Shown here in pieces: positions 11,180 to 20,321 of a stretch of DNA of 64,000 bases. The stretch comes from Gemmatimonadota bacterium (GTDB lineage Bacteria > Gemmatimonadota > Gemmatimonadetes > Gemmatimonadales > GWC2-71-9). Below the pieces are notes generated by a model. The model did not search any database. It saw nothing but the letters and a program-made list of their open reading frames with translations, and had not been told where the DNA came from. Every line of letters starts with the position of its first letter. Position 1 is the stretch's first letter. The position numbers and the translations under genes were made by a program. The DNA lies in assembly GCA_036679645.1 (NCBI GenBank), contig JAZDCY010000033.1, positions 1 to 64,000 on the forward strand, read 5' to 3'.

Positions 11180-11445
11180 GCACGATTTCTCTCCAAGTGA
11201 CCTACCGAAAGGGGCAACCCTTCGCCGCCTATATTTACCTGACTCGGCACCCTGGCGAAAAGAGTGCTCGGACGGAGCACGTGACGTCGGACCTTATCGT
11301 AGATTACGCGGCCGACGGGCGCCCGCTCGGCATCGAGATTGTCACGCCTGAGGCGGTGCCGACTGAGGACATCTTGAGGGTCTTCGATGGCCTCGGGCTG
11401 GGGAGGCCCGCGGACGCCGAGTTGGCACCGCTTCGAGCGGCCTGA
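11176..11445 (+). CDS. DUF2283 family putative antitoxin
   Basis: AAYIYL..LIVDYAADGRPLGIEI. Confidence 0.8.
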   Translation: MSTISLQVTYRKGQPFAAYIYLTRHPGEKSARTEHVTSDLIVDYAADGRPLGIEIVTPEAVPTEDILRVFDGLGLGRPADAELAPLRAA

Positions 11446-11525
11446 CACTAGCCTAGCCGCCTTAGGCACTGGCCACCCTCAGACGGGTACGCCATATTAG
11501 GGCCGCTGCCAGCGCGGAGCCCCAT

Positions 11526-13022
11526 GTGTCGGATGTGCTGGACCGCCTCAAAGTTGCCCTAGCGGAGCGATACCGCGTCGAGCGCGAGATCGCCGCAGGC
11601 GGTATGGCGACGGTCTACCTCGCGCACGATCTCAAACACAACCGCAAGGTTGCCATCAAGGTCTTCCGCCCCGAACTCGGTGCGGCTCTCGGTAGCGAAC
11701 GCTTCCTCAGAGAAATCGAAGTCACCGCAGGTCTGAACCACCCGCACATTCTCCCATTGCTCGACTCGGGTCGTGCACAGGGACTGCTCTACTACGTCAT
11801 GCCGCTCGTCGAGGGGGAGTCACTGCGCGATCGGATCTCGCGGGAAAAGCAGCTGCCCGTCGATGAGGCTATTAGGCTTGCCCGCGAAGTCGCGGCCGCG
11901 CTGAGCTATGCGCACTCCCAGGGAGTCATTCACCGGGACATCAAGCCAGAGAACATACTCCTGTCACATGGCGAGGCCATCGTGGCGGACTTTGGGATTG
12001 CGGCGGCGGTTTCTGTTGCGGGCGGTGAGAGACTCACCGAGACGGGGCTGGCCATCGGAACCCCGGCCTACATGTCACCTGAGCAAGGGACCAGCGAGGG
12101 CAACGTCGATCCCCGAAGCGACATCTACTCGCTCAGCTGTGTGCTATATGAAATGCTCGCCGGACAGCCACCGTTCACAGCGCCAAGTGCCCAAGCCGTT
12201 CTCGCCAGACACGCCATTGATGCTGTGCCAAGCCTCCGTACCCTGCGGAGTACTGTGCCCGACTACGTTGAGGCCACGATTGAACAGGCGCTCTCGAAAA
12301 CGCCCGCCGATCGCTTCTCGACCGCGACCGGATTCGCGGAGGCGCTCGCAGGAGAAGACTGGACACCCACACCAGAACCCACCCACCCGCGCTGGATTCG
12401 GAGGCGAAAGATGCTGTTGGGCGTCTCGCTCGGTGTTGTTCTGGTGATCGCTGCTATGTGGCTGGTCCAGTGGGGCAACGCGATTATCGGCGACTCTGCC
12501 GCGGTGACTATTCTCCCTTTCGAGAGCTACGGAGCGGGACTCAGGATCCTCTCGGCGGAGCCGTCTCCGGGATCGGTGATAAGCACCTCAGATCTCGCCA
12601 ACGGCGTTCCGGTTCGAGTTGTGGTTGAACATTCCTTCCGCGGCTCCGAGACATCAGACATTGGATCTCGGTGGCGACTTGATCTCATAGTGGTGATGGC
12701 GCACGAGGATGAACTCGGTTATCGATCCTACGAGCTGGACTCCAGGGAAGTGACTCGGGCGACTCGCCAACTTGCACTTACTGGAAGGTTGAGAGCACGT
12801 CACGTCTTCGAAAATCGGATCACGTTAGAGGCCATCCTACGAAATGAACTCGACTGCCCTACTCCTCTTCCGGAGGCCAGGGAACGATCTGATCCAGGCG
12901 AAGAACATTGCTATCAAATGGGCTACGAGGGCATGGTGCTCATCGAATACATTGTCAGCGATGATCGCCAGTTTTCTCGCGGGCTGTCAGCGAATCACGT
13001 ACTACCGGCAGGCAATGACTGA
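11526..13022 (+). CDS. Serine/threonine protein kinase with TM helix and unknown C-terminal domain
   Basis: GGMATVY, VAIK, HRDIKPEN, DFG, GTPAYMSPEQ; hydrophobic helix near aa 295-315. Confidence 0.93.
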   Translation: MSDVLDRLKVALAERYRVEREIAAGGMATVYLAHDLKHNRKVAIKVFRPELGAALGSERFLREIEVTAGLNHPHILPLLDSGRAQGLLYYVMPLVEGESLRDRISREKQLPVDEAIRLAREVAAALSYAHSQGVIHRDIKPENILLSHGEAIVADFGIAAAVSVAGGERLTETGLAIGTPAYMSPEQGTSEGNVDPRSDIYSLSCVLYEMLAGQPPFTAPSAQAVLARHAIDAVPSLRTLRSTVPDYVEATIEQALSKTPADRFSTATGFAEALAGEDWTPTPEPTHPRWIRRRKMLLGVSLGVVLVIAAMWLVQWGNAIIGDSAAVTILPFESYGAGLRILSAEPSPGSVISTSDLANGVPVRVVVEHSFRGSETSDIGSRWRLDLIVVMAHEDELGYRSYELDSREVTRATRQLALTGRLRARHVFENRITLEAILRNELDCPTPLPEARERSDPGEEHCYQMGYEGMVLIEYIVSDDRQFSRGLSANHVLPAGND

Positions 13023-13040
13023 CTGCGGAAGGAGGCCAAC

Positions 13041-13646
13041 ATGCATCCGGCAAGAGTAGGAATCTTGATCGTTTTGGGGTTACTGCTCGCGGCATGCCTC
13101 AGCGCCGTACGCACCCTGCATCCCCTCTTCGCCGACGACGAGCTCGTCTTTGACCCAGCGATCCTCGGCTCGTGGATCTTCGTGGATGCCGATGACATCG
13201 ACTCCCTCACCTTCGCGACCTCGAGCGACGAGCGACTCTACACCGTTCGAGTAAGCGGGGACTACGAGACCCTGGATTTCGACGTACGCTTGGGGCGGCT
13301 CGGCGGCAACCTCTTCCTCGACTTGTCAGCCCCGGAACCCGAGGGCTACTTCGCGGTGCCGGTGCACATGTTCTGTAAAATAGGATTCGAGCCTGACGTC
13401 ATGAGTCTGAACTGTCTCGACGAGGAGTGGCTCGGCCGAGGGCTCCTGGCGGGTGACTTCGAGCTTCCCTACGAGCTGCTCTTCCGCAGCGAGGACGACA
13501 CGGCAATGGTCGTGACGGCATCGACCGCCCAACTGCAGGAATTCATCATCGACCACGCTAGCGATCCAGACGCGTTCGGCGATCCGGAAGAGCTACGGCG
13601 GCCGCCGCAGTGGGAAAGAGTGGGCGACAAACGATTTGAGATTTGA
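13041..13646 (+). CDS. Putative lipoprotein
   Basis: AGGAGG RBS; LLAAC lipobox; LHPLF..FDPAILGSW. Confidence 0.75.
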   Translation: MHPARVGILIVLGLLLAACLSAVRTLHPLFADDELVFDPAILGSWIFVDADDIDSLTFATSSDERLYTVRVSGDYETLDFDVRLGRLGGNLFLDLSAPEPEGYFAVPVHMFCKIGFEPDVMSLNCLDEEWLGRGLLAGDFELPYELLFRSEDDTAMVVTASTAQLQEFIIDHASDPDAFGDPEELRRPPQWERVGDKRFEI

Positions 13647-13716
13647 GATTGGAGTTTTGAGATAGGACACCGGCCACAATCGCCATTCTCTATTCTCCAA
13701 TCTCTATTCTCCAATC
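13633..13716. repeat. Degenerate heptamer tandem repeats (GATTTGA-type, then complementary CTATTCT-type)
   Basis: gatttga gatttga gattgga gttttga gatagga ... ccattct ctattct ccaatct ctattct. Confidence 0.75.
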
Positions 13717-13736
13717 GCTAAAGCATCCCGCTTCAG

Positions 13737-14910
13737 TCAATACGCGGACCGATCAACTACGACAACTCCGTCACTGACCACCATCAGCACATCTTGAAAC
13801 GCCCCGATGTCATCGAGCGGGTTCCGTTCCAGCACAATGATATCCGCGTCGAGCCCGACGGCGATTCGGCCGGTGCCCGAATCGCTTCGAGCGGGCTCAT
13901 GCCGATCCCGACCAACTCCATCAACTCATGACTCAGGCGGAGCACGCTCTCGGACCGTACCCGGTATCCGTAGCCGCCACCATTCTGACACCCCGCGCCC
14001 GTGCGCGCGCCGCCATGTCGCGCACACGCGGGAGCATGTGCCGGCCACGGATGTTGAGCACCGCATTGTCGTAGTCGCCACCGGGAATCGTCAGATCCGC
14101 CACTACCGCGATCGTGGGCACGAGAAACGTGCCGCGGCTCACCATCAAGTCCAGCGTTTCGTCACTGAGGTACGTCCCGTGCTCGATGCTACGTACACCC
14201 GCCGCGACTGCCGCGCGTCCCCCGGTATCTCCGTGTGCATGGGCCGCCACGGGGATGCCGGCACGCTCTCCCTCCTCGACAAGGGCGCGCAGTTCGGTCT
14301 CGTCGTAGAAGGGCTTGCGCGGATCGGTTTCGGGAAGCCCCGCACGCTCCGTTGCATTCGTCTTGATGAAATTCACGCCGTGCTCGATCATCACGCGCGC
14401 CAGGCGGCGCATGGCCTCCTCACCGTGCACGCCCGATTCCAGCAGATCGGTGAGTTCGGGTACGTCCATGAACAGCTGGTCCGCCGGGCGCGGGCGGACG
14501 TGATATCCGGCAGCGATGATCTCGGGAGACTCGATGGCGCCGGCACGCTGTAGCTCACGCAGACCGACGTCCGCGAAGTGTGATGTCCCCATGCTCCGAG
14601 CGGTTGTGACACCGGAACGCAGCGCGCGACGCGCGGCGGCGAAGCTGGAGATATGTACGTGGGCGTCGATGAGGCCCGGCAAGAGATACCGACCGGATAA
14701 CTCGATCACGCGCATGCCGTCGGGCCGAACGGCGCCGCGTTCGATACGCGCGATCCTTCCATCCACGACGATGACGGTGGCGTCGGTGATTGGCTCGTCA
14801 CTGGCGGGATCGATTACGGTCACCCCCACGAGCGCCACGTCCTCCTGCGCCGGTGCGGGACGTGCCACGAGTACTGGAAGCAGGAGTCCGAGCAGGTAAA
14901 GGCGCGACAT
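13737..14910 (-). pseudogene. Amidohydrolase family protein, frameshift near 13950 and short deletion near 13878
   Basis: PGLIDAHVH, AAHAHG, SIEHG, ATDTG; continues SVLRLSHELMELVGIGMSPLEAIRA and TGRIAVGLDADIIVLERNPL in other frames. Confidence 0.85.
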
Positions 14911-14934
14911 GTGCAGCTCTCCGGGGAAGCGAGT

Positions 14935-14972
14935 GATTGCAGATTTCAGATTGCAGATTGCAGATTGCAGAT
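14935..14972. repeat. GATTGCA heptamer tandem repeat (about 5 copies)
   Basis: gattgca gatttca gattgca gattgca gattgca between divergent genes. Confidence 0.85.
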
Positions 14973-15034
14973 CCGACCGCCAATCGGCAAGTTGCCTCCC
15001 TTCCCCCCGGTCCGACGAGTTCCTAGTTTCGGTG

Positions 15035-15919
15035 ATGCCTTCCAGTTCGCCGGTATCCCACGTGTCCGACACGGCCCGCTGGGTCGCCATCTATCGGGCG
15101 ATGGAGTCCGAGCGACCGGACGCGATATTCCACGATCCGTATGCGCGGCGCCTAGGTGGTGTGCAGGGTCAGGCCATTGTCGATGCCCTGCCCAAGGGTC
15201 GCAAGATGGCATGGCCCATGATCGTGCGCACGGCGGTGATGGACGAGATGATCCTCCGGGCCGTCGAGCGGGACGGTGTGACCACGGTGCTCAACCTGGC
15301 GGCGGGGCTCGACACGCGCGCGTATCGCCTCCCGCTTCCGGCGGCGTGTCGCTGGATCGATGCGGACCTGCCGGACATACTCTCCTACAAGGAAGAGCAA
15401 CTCGAGGGCGAGCGCCCACGCTGCGCCTACGAAATGGCGCGGGTAGATCTGAGCGACGCGACGCAGCGTCGTGCCCTGCTCCAGCGCGTCGACAACGTCG
15501 ATGCCACCGCGCTCGTGATCACCGAGGGACTGCTGGTTTACCTCACCTCTGAAAACGTCGCCGAACTTGCGGCCGACCTTCACGCACATCCGTCCATCCG
15601 CTGGTGGCTTACCGACCTCGGCTCACCGAAGTTGCTCGAGATGATGGAACGGTGGTGGGGCAAGCAGCTCGCGCAAGGGAACGCCCCGTTCCGCTTCGCT
15701 CCAGCCGAGGGCGCGGCGTTCTTCGAGCCTCACGGCTGGGCGGAGGTCGAGTTCCGCTCGATGCTCCACGAATCGGTCCGCCTGAACCGTACGATCCGGT
15801 TCGGCCGCTTTTGGTTGTGGCTGTCCCGTCGTGCTCCCAAGAAGAAGCGGGAGGAGGGGCGGCGCCTGTCGGGGGTCGTACTGCTAGCCTCGAGAGAACG
15901 CGGCGGGGATCGCGCTTAG
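15035..15919 (+). CDS. SAM-dependent methyltransferase (leucine carboxyl methyltransferase-like)
   Basis: VSDTARWVAIYRAMES..DPYA, NLAAGLDTRAYRL, ITEGLLVYL. Confidence 0.9.
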   Translation: MPSSSPVSHVSDTARWVAIYRAMESERPDAIFHDPYARRLGGVQGQAIVDALPKGRKMAWPMIVRTAVMDEMILRAVERDGVTTVLNLAAGLDTRAYRLPLPAACRWIDADLPDILSYKEEQLEGERPRCAYEMARVDLSDATQRRALLQRVDNVDATALVITEGLLVYLTSENVAELAADLHAHPSIRWWLTDLGSPKLLEMMERWWGKQLAQGNAPFRFAPAEGAAFFEPHGWAEVEFRSMLHESVRLNRTIRFGRFWLWLSRRAPKKKREEGRRLSGVVLLASRERGGDRA

Positions 15920-15936
15920 CGTTAGAACGTTTTGGT

Positions 15937-16155
15937 CTAGAGGGCCGAGTCGAGCAGCTCTTCTCGAATGATGGTGTTACGGCGGCAGGGGTTGCAGCGG
16001 ACGTCAAGGGCTTTCCGCCGTGGACCCTGGACGTTGAGTGGCTTGCCACACTGCGGGCATGGCGGCACGCCATCGGGGTCCGCTACCATGGCACCGCAGA
16101 TCTCCTTCATCTCGGCGCGCGAGTACGGCAACCACGTGTTGCGGTCTTCAGCCAT
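15937..16155 (-). CDS. Small zinc-ribbon protein
   Basis: CPQC..CNPC; GAGGAGG RBS. Confidence 0.7.
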   Translation of the reverse strand: MAEDRNTWLPYSRAEMKEICGAMVADPDGVPPCPQCGKPLNVQGPRRKALDVRCNPCRRNTIIREELLDSAL

Positions 16156-16217
16156 GGTCCTCCTCACAAGCTCTCAATTTGCGCCCAGACGACCGTAATA
16201 GCCAATGGGTCGGTGGG

Positions 16218-17348
16218 CTACCGCTCGGCCACCATCTGGATCTCGACCAGCAGCGAACTCCCCATGAGCGAGGCTCCGACCACCGCTGCCGCGGGAGCAC
16301 TCAGTGGAAAGACCTGGTCGAGTACCTCCAGCACGTCCCCGGAGTGGCGGATATCTGCAAGGTACACCGACACGACAACCATATTTGTGAAGTCCATGCC
16401 TGCTGCGCCGAGTGTGGCACGGAGATTCTCGAGCGCATTGCGTGTCTGCCCGGCAATGTCCGGCGGCACCCCATCCGAACCGCGGCCCACCATCCCGGCG
16501 AGGTAGAGTCGATTGCCGACGAGAATGGCCGGCGAGAGCGGCGACCGGGGACGCCGCCTGCCTTCCGCGACGACGACGCGTCGGCTGGATGACCGCTCGG
16601 CGATGCACTGGATCTCGGCGTCGAACACCGAGTTCATGAGACCGGCGCGGACCGCGGCGCGGGCGGGCGGATCCTCACCGGGCACGAACTCGCCGTACAC
16701 AGCGTTCATGGCGCCGAACCGGCGGGGATCGTCCAGGAACACCGTACAACTCACGAGGTCGCCGTAGCCCATTCCGGCTGCATCCAGCACGAGCCCGATA
16801 TTTCCAAAAATGCGCCGCGTCTGCGCCCCGATGTCGCCTGCGACCGGCCGGTAGGTCTCGGGGCTGCGACTCGTGGCACCCGCAATGAACAGCGTGTTCC
16901 CGGCCTTGATGCCCCACGAGTAGGGCAACTCGGGAGACATCATGCCCCGCGGTGTGATGACTTCCTTCGGGAGCCGAGTGGCGATTACCGAGATCTGTAC
17001 CAGTGCGTCTGGATCGGCGAGGTCCACCGCAACCGTGGCGCGAGTTGGAGGGTCGTTCGGGAAGTAGCGGCGATAGACCTCGTTCATGCCCCGAAAGTGA
17101 CGGGTGTCGGACAGAAAGACGTTGGACACGACGACATCGCCGTAGTCGAGACCGTGCGCGCGCAGTTCCGCACCCACCCGATCGAGCGTCACTATCGTTT
17201 GGTCTTCGATGGAAAACCGAGTGCTGCTGTCTGGGATAACACCCCTGACGCCTGTGATGTACACGAAATCTCGGTTCTGCGCGGCGAGTGGCAAGAAAGA
17301 GCCTTGCCAGCACGTGAGGAGTGCTGCTACCAATCCGAATCGTCTCAT
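16218..17348 (-). CDS. Exported multi-domain RidA/YjgF family protein (three repeats)
   Basis: Signal peptide; MNEVYRRYFPNDPPTRATV, MNAVYGEF..PPARAAV, third repeat ending VEIQMVAER. Confidence 0.85.
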   Translation of the reverse strand: MRRFGLVAALLTCWQGSFLPLAAQNRDFVYITGVRGVIPDSSTRFSIEDQTIVTLDRVGAELRAHGLDYGDVVVSNVFLSDTRHFRGMNEVYRRYFPNDPPTRATVAVDLADPDALVQISVIATRLPKEVITPRGMMSPELPYSWGIKAGNTLFIAGATSRSPETYRPVAGDIGAQTRRIFGNIGLVLDAAGMGYGDLVSCTVFLDDPRRFGAMNAVYGEFVPGEDPPARAAVRAGLMNSVFDAEIQCIAERSSSRRVVVAEGRRRPRSPLSPAILVGNRLYLAGMVGRGSDGVPPDIAGQTRNALENLRATLGAAGMDFTNMVVVSVYLADIRHSGDVLEVLDQVFPLSAPAAAVVGASLMGSSLLVEIQMVAER

Positions 17349-17556
17349 CCGCAAGGATCTCCTGGCGTGTCGGGTGCAACGGGCCGCGATGTGGCCACAA
17401 GATACGGTTCGGCGCAGCGTCCGGCGAGGGTTCCGGGGCTGTAGCCCCGGCTCGGCGCACGGCGCCTGGATCGAGCGCGGCGAGGCGCCGAGCGCGCGTC
17501 TTCCAGGCGACAAACGCAGTAGGTTCTCACGAAGCGCGAATCAGTGGGGGATCCAA

Positions 17557-18213
17557 GTGGTTGCTGATGCGGTGACCAAACGCTATTCGGTTGCGGAAGA
17601 GATTGCGCATGCAATAACGCACGGGGTGGGGCTGCTGCTCAGCATCGCGGGCCTCGTGATCCTGGTCGTCTTTGCCAGCTTGCGCGGCGACGCTTGGCAC
17701 ATCGTCTCGGTAAGCATCTACGGCGCAACGCTCGTTCTGCTGTACACGGCGTCCACGTTCTACCATGCCCTGACCCCGCCGGGCGCGAAGAGTGTCTTTC
17801 GTATCTTGGACCACGCCGCCATCTACCTGTTGATCGCCGGTACGTACACTCCCTTTGCCCTCGTGAATCTTCGAGGAGCCTGGGGATGGACCCTATTCGG
17901 ACTTGTATGGAGCCTCGCCGCCCTCGGCGTCGTGCTGGAGGCGACCGCGAAGCAGCGCTTCAAGATTCTGTCGCTCGTTTTGTACCTCGGGTTGGGCTGG
18001 CTCGGGGCGATCGCCGTGAAGCCACTGCTGCATTCCGTGGAGAGTCGCGGCATCGTGCTGCTGGTGGCGGGAGGGTTGGCGTACACCGGAGGAGTGGCGT
18101 TCTACGGTTGGCGAGGGCTGCGATACCATCACGCCATCTGGCACGTGTTCGTGCTTGCCGGAAGCCTGTTTCACTTCTTCGCCGTGTTGTTCTACGTGAT
18201 ACCTCCCCGATGA
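17557..18213 (+). CDS. Hemolysin III / PAQR (TrhA-like) membrane protein
   Basis: EEIAHAITHG, STFYHA, DHAAIYLLIAGTYTPF, HAIWHVFVL. Confidence 0.93.
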   Translation: MVADAVTKRYSVAEEIAHAITHGVGLLLSIAGLVILVVFASLRGDAWHIVSVSIYGATLVLLYTASTFYHALTPPGAKSVFRILDHAAIYLLIAGTYTPFALVNLRGAWGWTLFGLVWSLAALGVVLEATAKQRFKILSLVLYLGLGWLGAIAVKPLLHSVESRGIVLLVAGGLAYTGGVAFYGWRGLRYHHAIWHVFVLAGSLFHFFAVLFYVIPPR

Positions 18214-18426
18214 CACATATAGACGCTCAGACAGACGCCACAGAGGCTCCGCACTCCAGCTAGACCACCGCGTTCGTCAACGCTCCTGGGTTGGACCCAA
18301 CGAGTCCGCCCGCGCTGTCGCTTTTTGCACCCGTCGTGTCGCTTTTTGCTATCACACGTTGCCGAGCGTATTCCATATACTGGCGTGGGTCGTTGCCCCT
18401 TCCTCAACCGCTAGCTGGTGGTCACG

Positions 18427-19155
18427 ATGCGCCGCACCGAATCGGACAGCCTCGATCGATCTCACGAACGACAACGCGCCACAGATTCTCAAAGCGAGAC
18501 GCGGCGGCAGTTGGAGCGAGCGTGGCGGGGGCAGGTCGCCGACGCCTCGAACGCGCTGAACAATCGGCTCGCCGCTGTTCGCAGCCTGGTCAAACAGGTC
18601 GACCGGTCCCGGATGAATCGATCGCAGGTGAGCGACCTTGACCAAATCGACACCGAGATTCAACACGCTAACGACATCATGGCCGAATTGCTATACGGGG
18701 TCAGCGGCTTTACGCCCGGCACCGTCCCGCCCACGTTGGAACTATTGCATGAGGGTACCGTGCGGCCGGCGGACATCTTGGTCGTCGAAGACGACGTGAG
18801 CAATCGTGAGGTGATCACGCGCCTGTTCCAACGACTTGGGCACCGGGTGATCCCGGCGCGTGACGGCCTCGACGCGTTCGAGGCGATGGACCTCACTGCG
18901 TTCGATTGCGTCATCTGCGATATCCGCATGCCGGGCTTGGGCGGGGGAGGGCTGTACCGCCAGGCGGAAGAACGGCACCCGCAGCTCGCCAGCCGGTTCG
19001 TGTTCGTGACGGGCGACTACGGGCGGCCGGATACGTACGAATTCGTGACGAACACCGGGTGCCTCGTGGTCCCGAAGCCGTACGAGATCGACGAACTCCT
19101 CGGCGCCGTCGCCAAGACACTCCAAACGCGCAATCTCGGTCCAACCTCGCAGTGA
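18427..19155 (+). CDS. Response regulator receiver protein with degenerate HisKA-like N-terminus
   Basis: ILVVEDD, CDIRMPG, FVTG, PKPY; N-terminal NALNNRLAAV resembles an H-box lacking His. Confidence 0.8.
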   Translation: MRRTESDSLDRSHERQRATDSQSETRRQLERAWRGQVADASNALNNRLAAVRSLVKQVDRSRMNRSQVSDLDQIDTEIQHANDIMAELLYGVSGFTPGTVPPTLELLHEGTVRPADILVVEDDVSNREVITRLFQRLGHRVIPARDGLDAFEAMDLTAFDCVICDIRMPGLGGGGLYRQAEERHPQLASRFVFVTGDYGRPDTYEFVTNTGCLVVPKPYEIDELLGAVAKTLQTRNLGPTSQ

Positions 19156-19158
19156 GCC
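19126..19158. repeat. Right-end remnant of attC-like repeat family 1
   Basis: acgcgcaatctcggtccaacctcgcagtgagcc matches the copies at 26.2, 27.0, 27.5 and 28.6 kb. Confidence 0.75.
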
Positions 19159-19185
19159 AAGCCATCTGTGAATGGGGGTATCCAA

Positions 19186-19371
19186 ATGAAACCTGCCGCG
19201 CTGGTAGCAACACTGGTTCTGTCAGCTGTTGCGGTGCTCCACCTGCTGCGACTCCTCTTCCAACTGCAGTTCACCGTGGGCAGTACCGAGATCCCCATGT
19301 GGGCCAGCGTACTCGCCGTTCTTGGACCGGGCGCACTAGCGGTGTGGCTTTGGCGGGAACAACGGGAGTAG
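19186..19371 (+). CDS. Small two-TM membrane protein
   Basis: AVLHLLRLLF..IPMWAS..LAVW. Confidence 0.75.
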   Translation: MKPAALVATLVLSAVAVLHLLRLLFQLQFTVGSTEIPMWASVLAVLGPGALAVWLWREQRE

Positions 19372-19422
19372 CCGATTGCACTTGCGGTCTCTAGACCGCA
19401 CTAAGACCTGGCGGTTGGTGAA

Positions 19423-19821
19423 TCACACCTTCCAAGTTGCCCCGTTGCGAATGTAGCCGTCGATATCGCGGTTGGTAACGAGACCACAGAGTTCGTTACC
19501 ATCGATGATCGGGAGATGTCGAATCTTGTTCTGGTACATCGTTCGGAGGCACTCGTCGAGAGTTGCTATTGGCGAACACGAGATGACGGGTGAGGTCATC
19601 ACGTCACGCAGCTTGGTCGTCGCCGGGTCACGTTCCTCGGCAACGACACGTTGCAGGATGTCCCGCTCGGTACACATCCCAATCTGCTTGCCATCGAGTA
19701 CGATCATACCACCAATCCCAAGGCGTTTCATGAGGCGAGCGGCTTCCAATACGGAATCGTCTCCCGACATCCGATGGGTGTCGCCACCCTTTCCATCAAG
19801 CAATTCCCCGACCGTTGACAT
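19423..19821 (-). CDS. CBS domain pair protein
   Basis: GMCTERDILQRVV, DVMTSPV, IRHLPI. Confidence 0.9.
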   Translation of the reverse strand: MSTVGELLDGKGGDTHRMSGDDSVLEAARLMKRLGIGGMIVLDGKQIGMCTERDILQRVVAEERDPATTKLRDVMTSPVISCSPIATLDECLRTMYQNKIRHLPIIDGNELCGLVTNRDIDGYIRNGATWKV

Positions 19822-19976
19822 GTTTGATCCTCTATTCTGTTCGCGATCGCTCAGGAAAGATACTGGGTTGAACGTCTTACCAAAACCGGCGAACCACCCA
19901 TTGCGTGAGGCCGGGAGCATATCGGGTCGCTATATCGATAAGCCGGGGCGACCACGCCGATGAGCAGCAAAGACAG

Positions 19977-20234
19977 TCACCCACTTCTGTCCTCTTGCGA
20001 TTCACGTGCGGCGGTGAGCAAGCGCTCTGCGAAGTCGAGGCGTTCGTGCATTTCGGCCACCTGTGCTCGTGTGTCGTCGAGATCGTCCCGCAGCGCATCG
20101 ACCACCGGTCCCAACTCTGAATCGCTGCCTCGCGTCTCCAACTCTTTCTTCTTGAGCTTGAAACGGAGAATCACAACCAGGGCCACGATGATCCCAGGGA
20201 CGCCAACAAGAATGCCGACAATATCTTCGGTCAT
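19977..20234 (-). CDS. Small membrane-anchored coiled-coil protein
   Basis: N-terminal TM helix; EMHERLDFAERLL. Confidence 0.75.
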   Translation of the reverse strand: MTEDIVGILVGVPGIIVALVVILRFKLKKKELETRGSDSELGPVVDALRDDLDDTRAQVAEMHERLDFAERLLTAARESQEDRSG

Positions 20235-20321
20235 CGGAACCCCTCCGAGGACAGGAAAATTCGTACACGCCCTGCAGTGGCCACCGAGCGGTCTCGTCGT
20301 CGGGACGTCACGGGAAGGTCA

